Below are positions 1-6,859 of a stretch of 43,177 nt of DNA, in pieces (positions within the stretch are counted from its first letter, which is position 1; each line of letters opens with the position of its first letter). Under the pieces are notes generated by a model. That model was given only the letters and a program-made list of their open reading frames with translations, ran no database searches and was not told the origin of the DNA. This DNA is from Parcubacteria group bacterium (GTDB lineage: Bacteria; Patescibacteriota; Minisyncoccia; Phycocordibacterales; Zambryskibacteraceae), in NCBI GenBank assembly GCA_028286565.1, contig JAQBRH010000006.1:1-43177 (forward strand), written 5' to 3'. The position numbers and the translations under genes were made by a program.

Positions 1-872
1 AAATCCGTTGATATCATGGGGAACACCAAAAGCGAAGGCAATTCACTGGCGCATTCCTGACACTGAAACACGAAAGCGTGGGTAGCGAACGGGATTAGAT
101 ACCCCGGTAGTCCACGCCCTAAACGATCTCTACTAGCTTTGGGAGGAATCGACCCCTTCCGAGGCGTAGCTAACGCGTTAAGTAGAGCGCCTGGGTAGTA
201 CGACCGCAAGGTTAAAACTCAAAGGAATAGACGGGGACTTGCACAAGCAGTGGATTATGCGGTTTAATTCGACGACAAACGAAAAACCTTACCAGGGTTA
301 GAAATCTACGTGAAGCCATTTGGAAACAGATGGCGTCCGCAAGGACTCGTAGACAGGTGATGCATGGCCGTCGTCAGTTCGTGATTTGAATTGTTCCCTT
401 AAGTGGGGTAACGAACGCAACCCTCGTTGCCAGTTACAAGTGTCTGGCGAGACTGCCCCGGTTTGTGCGCGTGAACCGATATGAATAATATTGGGTTCGC
501 GAATACAAACCGGGGAGGAAGGCGAGGATGACGCCAGGTCAGCATGTCCCTCTGATACCCTGGGCCACACGCATAATACAATCGCCGCTACAACGGGTCG
601 CGACGCCGCAAGGCTGAGCTAATCCTAAGAAAAGCGGCGCCAGTTCGGATTGGGGGCTGCAACTCGACCCCATGAAGCCGGAATTGCTAGTAATCGCAGG
701 TCAGCTATACTGCGGTGAATACGTTCTCAAGTCTTGTACTCACCGCCCGTCAACTCAAGGGAGATGGGAGTACCCGAAGTCCCGTTTATGCGGGCCTACG
801 GTAAGCTCATCGACAGGGAGTAAGTCGTAACAAGGCACGGGTAGCGGAAGCTGCTCGTGGAGTAATTCAATT
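1..872 (+). rRNA. rrs: 16S rRNA gene, 3' half (5' part outside window; mature 3' end approximate)
   Basis: Conserved 16S blocks GGATTAGATACCC, AAACTCAAAGGAATAGACGGGG, CGCAACCC, TTGTACTCACCGCCCGTC, AAGTCGTAACAAGG, and helix 45 (836-845 / GGAA / 850-859). Shortened h39 and h44 and the GGAATAGAC variant fit Patescibacteria. The end coordinate assumes a canonical tail length. Confidence 0.97.
456..515 (+). other. Extended hairpin insertion in 16S helix 40
   Basis: CCCCGGTTTGT (456-466) pairs perfectly with ACAAACCGGGG (505-515). The inner stems are GTGAACC/GGTTCGC and GATAT/ATATT. It lies between ACTG and AGGAAGG, where most bacteria have a ~15-nt hairpin. Confidence 0.85.
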
Positions 873-1040
873 TGAAACACTCTATCGAAAGGTAGATGAT
901 CGAGTCGATATTGTATGGCTCAATTGACCATATAATGGATTGTAGAGGACTCCTAGAACCTCTATGACACTTGGAAAGACAAGCGCAGCCCAACATGAAA
1001 GTGAAGGGTAAAGAGAACGGAGCAGAATAGAGAACGATAA
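862..1040 (+). ncRNA. Structured 16S 3' trailer/extension (tandem hairpins), function unknown
   Basis: Hairpins at 881-896 (GAAA loop), 910-936, 940-967, 970-983 and 988-1009 (GAAA loop), then a purine-rich tract with AGAGAACG twice, ending at a terminator. Confidence 0.55.
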
Positions 1041-1068
1041 GCAAAAGCCGCCCTCGGGCGGCTTTTGT
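1041..1068 (+). terminator. Intrinsic terminator ending the 16S transcript (potentially bidirectional)
   Basis: CAAAAGCCGCC-CTCG-GGCGGCTTTTG perfect inverted repeat with A- and T-tracts. Confidence 0.85.
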
Positions 1069-1069
1069 G

Positions 1070-1098
1070 TTGCACAATAAAACTAAAAAGTGTACAGT
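1070..1098 (+). promoter_or_regulatory. Sigma70-type promoter of the orphan membrane-protein gene
   Basis: TTGCAC (1070-1075), 17-nt spacer, TACAGT (1093-1098). Confidence 0.6.
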
Positions 1099-1128
1099 GC
1101 AAAAAGACCTTACCTAGGGAGATTCCCC

Positions 1129-1347
1129 ATGAAAACCACGTTTAGGTTCGATAGCCCCCGGATCACCGGTACACCGCTTGCGGCTCCGCCAAACCCTCGT
1201 TTTGGCGAGGATGAAGCCCCGAGGAAGTCTCGGCTCGCCGCCTTTGTGGACGGCCTCATCTGCGGGCTCCTCGTCCTCTGCCTGGGCGGCCTTCTGATCT
1301 ATGTTGCCGGGAGCCTCGCGCTCTTTTTGTGGCACCGGATCTTTTGA
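1129..1347 (+). CDS. Small hypothetical membrane protein (72 aa, C-terminal hydrophobic segment)
   Basis: ATG at 1129 is preceded by GGAGA (1118-1122) and has its own promoter and terminator. Hydrophobic stretch GLICGLLVLCLGGLLIYVAGSLALFLW. The track start at 1090 lies inside the promoter. Confidence 0.7.
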   Translation: MKTTFRFDSPRITGTPLAAPPNPRFGEDEAPRKSRLAAFVDGLICGLLVLCLGGLLIYVAGSLALFLWHRIF

Positions 1348-1357
1348 AGGTGCCCCG

Positions 1358-1381
1358 CCTTGCCTTCCGGCAAGGTTTTTT
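1358..1381 (+). terminator. Intrinsic terminator
   Basis: CCTTGCC-TTCC-GGCAAGG followed by TTTTTT. Confidence 0.8.
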
Positions 1382-1493
1382 CTTGTTTAAATAGGCTATT
1401 TTTGATATGTTGATGCAGCGGCGCTTGTCTCTACGAGACACGCGCTGCGCTCGGAGATAATGAAAAAACAAGCTTTTTCATTCCTCCTCGCTT

Positions 1494-1569
1494 GCGCGTG
1501 TAGCTCAGCTGGTAGAGCAATCGACTGATACTCGGTAGGTCCCAGGTTCGACCCCTGGCACGCGCACCA
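1494..1569 (+). tRNA. tRNA-Ile (anticodon GAT) with encoded CCA
   Basis: Acceptor stem GCGCGTG/CACGCGC-A-CCA, D arm GCTC/GAGC, anticodon arm ATCGA-CTGATAC-TCGGT, T arm CCAGG-TTCGACC-CCTGG; 76 nt. Confidence 0.96.
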
Positions 1570-1847
1570 TGGGAATATTCTTTGATGATACAAAGCCTCA
1601 TGTCGGGAAGGACGAACTGAAAAAGGTCCGCAATTCTTTGGCCATGCATGACTTCACATCGAAGGAGCTCGACCTTGTCGAATCATTTTTCTCCGGGGAC
1701 ATGAACGAAGAGCGTTCGATCGATAAGGGGATCGACAAGGAGGAGATCGAGCGGGGCGTAGAAACGTTAAGGAAGAATCCGGAGATCTATCACCTCACCG
1801 AGAAGAAGCTCATCATCCTTGAAGAGAAGCTTAAGGAACACCTCTAA
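1569..1847 (+). CDS. Hypothetical protein (92 aa) with an EF-hand-like acidic loop
   Basis: Helical, charged ORF coupled to the next gene by TAATG. DMNEERSIDKGIDKEE resembles an EF-hand loop with an insertion. Confidence 0.75.
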   Translation: MGIFFDDTKPHVGKDELKKVRNSLAMHDFTSKELDLVESFFSGDMNEERSIDKGIDKEEIERGVETLRKNPEIYHLTEKKLIILEEKLKEHL

Positions 1848-2695
1848 TGCAGAACCTCACGATCGGATTCATCGGGCAGGGATTCGTCGGCAAGAACCTG
1901 GCCGACGATTTTGAAGAAAGGGGATTTACCGTTGTCCGCTATTCGCTCGATCCGGAACACGCGGGGAATAAAGATAAGATACAAGAATGCGACGTGGTAT
2001 TCATCGCCGTGCCCACTCCAACGCTTCCGTCCGGCTTTGATGATTCGATCCTCCGGGGAGAGATGAAGCTCGTCGGCAAGGGGAAGACCATCGTCATCAA
2101 ATCCACCATTCTCCCAGGCACGACCGAATCGATCCAAAAAGAAAATCCGGATATTTTCGTCTTGCATTCTCCCGAGTTTTTGGTGGCGGCGACAGCCAGG
2201 GAGGATACGCGGAAACCCGAAAGGAATCTGGTCGGCGTTCCCCAGGACACTCCCGAATACAGAGAGAAGGCCGAACTCGTGCTTTCGATCTTGCCCCATG
2301 CTCCGTATATGAAAGTTCTGCTTTCAAAAGAAACCGAACTTATAAAGTATATCGGCAACAATTTTCTCTATACCAAAGTGGTGTTCATGAACATGATGTA
2401 TGATCTCGCGCAGTCGATCGGCGCGGACTGGAGCGAGGTGAGCCAGGCGGTGGCCAAAGATCACCGCATCGGGGAGACCCATATGCAGCCGGTCCATACA
2501 TCCGAGCGATCCAAGGGGCGAGGGGCGGGCGGACATTGTTTCCCCAAAGATTTTGAGGCGCTTCTCGGATTCTATATAGAAAAGATCGGGGATGAGGAGG
2601 GAATTCGTTCGCTTGAATCTATTCGGGATAAAAACATGACTCTCCTCAAGACAAGCGGCAAGGATCTCGACATCCTCAAGGGTATCTACAATTAA
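1847..2695 (+). CDS. UDP-glucose/GDP-mannose dehydrogenase family protein, short form lacking the C-terminal domain
   Basis: GQGFVG Rossmann motif, FIAVPTP, IKSTILPGT, SPEFL, catalytic GGHCFPKD; only 282 aa. Confidence 0.88.
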   Translation: MQNLTIGFIGQGFVGKNLADDFEERGFTVVRYSLDPEHAGNKDKIQECDVVFIAVPTPTLPSGFDDSILRGEMKLVGKGKTIVIKSTILPGTTESIQKENPDIFVLHSPEFLVAATAREDTRKPERNLVGVPQDTPEYREKAELVLSILPHAPYMKVLLSKETELIKYIGNNFLYTKVVFMNMMYDLAQSIGADWSEVSQAVAKDHRIGETHMQPVHTSERSKGRGAGGHCFPKDFEALLGFYIEKIGDEEGIRSLESIRDKNMTLLKTSGKDLDILKGIYN

Positions 2696-2696
2696 T

Positions 2697-3191
2697 ATGC
2701 ACCACTTCTACCTCAAATCGATTCCTGCCGCGCTTGCGCACATCTCCCGCCTTAACTATCCGGAGATCTTCCTTATTATCATCGCGAGCGGGCACCCGCT
2801 GCCCGTGCCCGAAGGAATTATATTTATCGGGCTTGGCGTCCTCGCGGCGCATGGCGGGAGTTTCCTCGGCTACTGGGTGACCGCCGTGCTCGCCGTTTTC
2901 TGCTACGATGTTGTGCTCTTCGGCCTCGCGTATGCCGGCTCGCGCCTTGCGGAAAAGATGTCCCGAAAAATAAAAGCCGATTGGATAGAAAAATACACGG
3001 GAGCATCCGGCGGAAGGGCGCTTTTCCTCGTCTTCGTTTCTCATTTTGTGCCCGGGTGGAGGATGGTCAATCCGCTCATCTGCGGAGCTCTTCGCCTGAA
3101 GCCGAGAGACTTCTTCTTTTATACGATCTGTTCCGCGCTCGTGTATCCGGCTTTATACCTTGCGATTGGTTTCTTTCTTTTTTTGAGATAA
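2697..3191 (+). CDS. DedA/VTT family membrane protein
   Basis: PLPVPEG motif, hydrophobic helices, FVSHFVPGWR...GALRLKPRDF pattern of DedA. Confidence 0.8.
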   Translation: MHHFYLKSIPAALAHISRLNYPEIFLIIIASGHPLPVPEGIIFIGLGVLAAHGGSFLGYWVTAVLAVFCYDVVLFGLAYAGSRLAEKMSRKIKADWIEKYTGASGGRALFLVFVSHFVPGWRMVNPLICGALRLKPRDFFFYTICSALVYPALYLAIGFFLFLR

Positions 3192-3200
3192 ACTAGACCC

Positions 3201-3542
3201 ATGCCAAAATCGAAGATCATCCTCGCTCTCGGATTCCTCATCGCCCTCCTCCCGGTCTTGGGCTTTCCTCATTCATGGGAATCGTTCTTCCAGGTCTTGT
3301 TCGGGCTCTCGATCGTCCTCCTGTCCGTCCTTATCTCCGTCGACCGCCGCCTTTCGTTGAAAGCTCGAGTCCAGAAGAGACAGGCGAGAAAGAGAGCGGT
3401 TATCGAGACCAATCCTGAGGTCCAATTCGGCCGCCGAGCCTCGGATGTCGCCGAAGTTCCTCGATCGCGTTTCGGCCGCCGGGCGTCTGACCCCGTGATC
3501 CCTGTCCCGATCCTCGAAGAGGAAGGACCTGAAGTACAATAA
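3201..3542 (+). CDS. Small two-TM membrane protein with a duplicated FGRRASD motif in its tail
   Basis: Two N-terminal hydrophobic helices around LPVLGFPHSW and a basic tail with FGRRASD twice; followed by a terminator. Confidence 0.8.
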   Translation: MPKSKIILALGFLIALLPVLGFPHSWESFFQVLFGLSIVLLSVLISVDRRLSLKARVQKRQARKRAVIETNPEVQFGRRASDVAEVPRSRFGRRASDPVIPVPILEEEGPEVQ

Positions 3543-3573
3543 AACTGCAATTCCTCTAAGGGTTGCAGTTTTT
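3541..3573 (+). terminator. Intrinsic terminator (potentially bidirectional)
   Basis: AAAACTGCAA...TTGCAGTTTT inverted repeat directly after the stop codon. Confidence 0.75.
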
Positions 3574-3590
3574 CATTTTTGTGATATAAT
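3563..3590 (+). promoter_or_regulatory. Sigma70 promoter with extended -10
   Basis: TTGCAG, 16-nt spacer, TG-A-TATAAT (3585-3590). Confidence 0.7.
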
Positions 3591-3624
3591 ACCTACCAGA
3601 CCACCCGTTCAACCAGGAGATCCA

Positions 3625-3909
3625 ATGATCGCAGTATCGCAATTGGTTCCAGATGATCGTGGAAGAGAGAAGCATCAGATCCTCGCGAGCAATGATCCCC
3701 GCAGATTCGCCGAGGTGGCCCGCCGGCTTTTCCAGGAGGGATCCGCGATCTTCATGCGGTCGGAGACCGAGGAAGGCCTCGACCTCGTCGATGAAGCGCT
3801 CCACTATGCGGAGTCCGGCCATCCCGAGTTTTGCGACCCCGGATTGCTGGGGCAGATCAAAGATTTCAACGGCCGGCTCGGGAGAAACGAACCTCTCGAT
3901 CACGACTGA
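3625..3909 (+). CDS. Hypothetical protein (94 aa), monocistronic orphan
   Basis: Own promoter, AGGAGA 4 nt before ATG, terminator after the stop; no family recognised. Confidence 0.7.
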   Translation: MIAVSQLVPDDRGREKHQILASNDPRRFAEVARRLFQEGSAIFMRSETEEGLDLVDEALHYAESGHPEFCDPGLLGQIKDFNGRLGRNEPLDHD

Positions 3910-3925
3910 ACTCGCATTTTGTACT

Positions 3926-3952
3926 GAGCGGACCTTCGGGGCCGCTCTTTTT
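3926..3952 (+). terminator. Intrinsic terminator
   Basis: GAGCGG-A-CC-TTCG-GG-G-CCGCTC followed by TTTTT. Confidence 0.8.
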
Positions 3953-3977
3953 CTTTGTTTGTTATATAATGGGACAA

Positions 3978-5723
3978 ATGGACGATCCAAATAAGGTTAC
4001 ATACTTCGGCGAGACGGATTCCAGGAACAAACGCGTTGCCTTTGGCATTAAATCCAAAGACCGGGCCAAGCATATGTACGTGATCGGGAAGACGGGCATG
4101 GGAAAGTCGACCCTCCTCGAGAACCTGGCTATTCAAGACATCCAGAACGGGAACGGCGTGGCGTTCATCGACCCGCACGGAGGCACGGCAGAAAAACTTC
4201 TTGAATATATCCCGCAGGACCGTATTAAGGACGTACTCTACTTTGCACCCTTTGACCTCGAACACCCGGTCTCTTTTAATGTGATGGAGGACGTCGGCGC
4301 GGACAAGCGCCACCTCGTGGTGAACGGGCTCATGTCGACCTTCGAGAAGATCTGGGTCGACGCTTGGAGCGCCCGCATGGCCTACATTTTAAATAACACC
4401 CTCCTTGCCCTCCTCGAATTCCCCGGAGCGACGCTCCTCGGCGTGAACCGCATGCTCGCGGATAAGGAATATCGAAAGAAAGTTGTGAATAATGTAAAAG
4501 ATCCGTCGGTCAAAGCGTTTTGGACCGAAGAGTTTGCGGGCTACACCGAGAAGTTCGCCGCCGAAGCCACTCCGGCTATTCAAAACAAGGTTGGACAGTT
4601 CACATCGAACCCGCTCGTGCGAAACCTCATCGGTCAAAGCGTTTCCACATTTGATATTAGGAAATTCATGGATGAGAAGAAGATCCTCATTGTGAACCTC
4701 TCGAAGGGCCGCGTCGGCGAAGGCAATGCGAACCTCATAGGTTCGATGCTCATCACCAAAATTTATCTCGCGGCCATGAGCCGCGCCGACCGAAGCGAGG
4801 CCGAACTCTCAAAGCTTCCGAATTTCTATCTCTATGTGGACGAGTTCCAATCGTTTGCGAACAAATCATTCGCCGATATTTTGTCCGAAGCCCGCAAATA
4901 TAAATTGAACCTCACCATCGCCCACCAATACATCGAGCAGATGGAAGAAGAAGTGAGGGATGCGGTGTTCGGAAACGTAGGCACCATGATCGCCTTCAGG
5001 GTGGGTGCCTTTGATGCGGAAGTTCTGGAAAAGGAATTTGCTCCGACCTTCACCGCCGAGGACCTCGTCAATCTCGGATTCACCCAAGTCTATCTAAAGC
5101 TCATGATCGACGGCGTGTCATCCCAGCCCTTCTCGGCCACAACGACCGCCCCGATCCCTCGTCCGCCGGTAAGCTACAAAGAAGAGGCCATCGAGAGCTC
5201 CCGCGCCCAATACACGAAGCCTCGCGCAGAGGTAGAAAAGAACATCAATGACTGGCACGAAGAGGGCAAGGTCGAACGACCTGCCCGCGCACCGGAGCGG
5301 TCTGCCCGCCCTGCAAGCGAGAGCTCTCCCGGCAGGTACGAGCGCCCGGAGCGGTCAAGCGAGGCTCCCGCTCGAAGGTCTGAACCGGCGCCGATCGATA
5401 TCCGCGGGAGGAAACCGGAAAGAGAAGCTCCTAAACAAGAGCGCCGTACTCCTCCGCCGGCCGGAGACGACTTCAAGCCCCTTGCCTCGATCTCCCTTGC
5501 CGACCTCAACAAAAAAAGCGACAACCAGCGTCAGCCGAGCCCGAAGAATATTTCCGATCTCAGAAGCGTCCTTGCCACGATCGTGAAGACTCCGGCCGAA
5601 GCGAAGCCTGCTCCTCATTCCGCGCCGAATCCCCAGCCTCAATCGACCCCGGCCCCAAAGCAAGATACGCCAAAGGAAGTTCCCGAAGCCGAGCTTAAAG
5701 CGCTTTTAGGAGTAGACGAATAA
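3978..5723 (+). CDS. VirD4/TraG/HerA-like (FtsK-HerA superfamily) P-loop ATPase with a low-complexity C-terminal tail
   Basis: Walker A GKTGMGKS, FIDPHG, Walker B LYVDEFQ, EARKYKLNLTIAHQ. Start placed at ATG 3978, 7 nt after TATAAT; the longer track ORF crosses a terminator. Confidence 0.88.
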   Translation: MDDPNKVTYFGETDSRNKRVAFGIKSKDRAKHMYVIGKTGMGKSTLLENLAIQDIQNGNGVAFIDPHGGTAEKLLEYIPQDRIKDVLYFAPFDLEHPVSFNVMEDVGADKRHLVVNGLMSTFEKIWVDAWSARMAYILNNTLLALLEFPGATLLGVNRMLADKEYRKKVVNNVKDPSVKAFWTEEFAGYTEKFAAEATPAIQNKVGQFTSNPLVRNLIGQSVSTFDIRKFMDEKKILIVNLSKGRVGEGNANLIGSMLITKIYLAAMSRADRSEAELSKLPNFYLYVDEFQSFANKSFADILSEARKYKLNLTIAHQYIEQMEEEVRDAVFGNVGTMIAFRVGAFDAEVLEKEFAPTFTAEDLVNLGFTQVYLKLMIDGVSSQPFSATTTAPIPRPPVSYKEEAIESSRAQYTKPRAEVEKNINDWHEEGKVERPARAPERSARPASESSPGRYERPERSSEAPARRSEPAPIDIRGRKPEREAPKQERRTPPPAGDDFKPLASISLADLNKKSDNQRQPSPKNISDLRSVLATIVKTPAEAKPAPHSAPNPQPQSTPAPKQDTPKEVPEAELKALLGVDE

Positions 5724-5724
5724 C

Positions 5725-6858
5725 ATGAGGATACTGATTTTTTCCATCGCCTATCACCCAATGATCGGAGGCGCAGAGGTTGCGGTCAAAGAGATCACGG
5801 ATCGCTTGCCGGAGCATGAATTCGAGATGGTGACGCTGCAATTCGATCCGAGCCATCCAAAGGTGGAGCGGATCGGGAACGTGGTCGTGCACCGCATCAA
5901 TACGTCGAAACTGATGTTTCCTTTTGAAGCGAGCTTTTATGGCAAGAAGCTTCATAAAGAAAAGAAGTTCGACGCGATCTGGTCGATCATGGCGGCCTAC
6001 GCCGGATTTGCGAGCCTCTTTTTCAAAATGGCCAATCCCGAAGTGCCGTATATCCTCACTCTTCAAGAAGGGGATCCGATAGAATCCATCAAAGCCAAGA
6101 CGTGGTTCGTCTCGCCGATCTTTCGAAAGATATTCATGCGAGCGGACAAGATCCAGGCCATCTCCTATTTCCTTGCGGACTTCGCCGAAGCTATGGGCTA
6201 TAAAGGCAAGACCGAGGTCATCCCGAACGGGGTGGATTTCAGATCCTTTGCTGCGACTCCGGCCCCGGATCGGTTGCAGGAGATCATAGAACGATTCGAA
6301 AAGAAGGGCGAGACCTATCTCATCACCACTTCTCGCTTGGTGAAGAAAAATGCCGTGGACGATGTTATCAAAGCTGTCGCCCTATTGCCCGATACGGTGA
6401 AATTTCTAGTAGTGGGGGTCGGTCCGGATCAAAAGATCCTTGAGAGCCTTGCGCGGAGATGCGGAGTGGAGAACAGGGTGAAATTTTTGGGGTATGTGGA
6501 TTATAAAAATATTCCGCTGTATCTCCACGCCTCCGATATTTTTATCCGCCCGTCGCTTTCCGAAGGATTCGGGAATTCGTTCATCGAAGCGATGGCTGCG
6601 GGGTTGCCGATCATCGCCACCCCGGTCGGGGGTATCGTCGATTTCGTCTTCGATCCGGACAAAGATCACGACATGCCTCCGACGGGGTTGTTCGTGAATG
6701 TGAAGGATCCGGAGAGTATTAAGACCCAAGTCTTGCGTCTCATGAACGATATGCCTCTTCGAGACAAGCTTATAGAGAACGGGCGAAAACTTGCCGAAGA
6801 AAAATACGACTGGAACCTCGTGGCCAAGGAGATGAAGGAGAAAGTATTCATACAATAA
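5725..6858 (+). CDS. Glycosyltransferase family 4
   Basis: GGAE N-terminal motif, IPNGVD, RPSLSEGFGNSFIEAMAAGLPII. Confidence 0.93.
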   Translation: MRILIFSIAYHPMIGGAEVAVKEITDRLPEHEFEMVTLQFDPSHPKVERIGNVVVHRINTSKLMFPFEASFYGKKLHKEKKFDAIWSIMAAYAGFASLFFKMANPEVPYILTLQEGDPIESIKAKTWFVSPIFRKIFMRADKIQAISYFLADFAEAMGYKGKTEVIPNGVDFRSFAATPAPDRLQEIIERFEKKGETYLITTSRLVKKNAVDDVIKAVALLPDTVKFLVVGVGPDQKILESLARRCGVENRVKFLGYVDYKNIPLYLHASDIFIRPSLSEGFGNSFIEAMAAGLPIIATPVGGIVDFVFDPDKDHDMPPTGLFVNVKDPESIKTQVLRLMNDMPLRDKLIENGRKLAEEKYDWNLVAKEMKEKVFIQ

Positions 6859-6859
6859 T

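Noticed and set aside
456-515. Group I intron or homing endonuclease in 16S
   Set aside because: It is only a 60-nt hairpin, with no catalytic core elements or ORF
298-1077. Minus-strand ORFs over the 16S gene and trailer, and a 10-codon ORF at 935-967
   Set aside because: They overlap rRNA or structured RNA and show no protein-like features
3831-3977. N-terminal extensions given by the ORF track (also starts 9605, 10402, 16045, 17909, 23547, 25301, 26026, 29162)
   Set aside because: They run through terminators, promoters or neighbouring genes. Downstream starts fit the family N-termini, -10 spacing and stop/start coupling.
3978-5723. Conjugative or integrative element suggested by the VirD4-like ATPase
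   Set aside because: No relaxase, integrase, VirB genes or att-like repeats are visible
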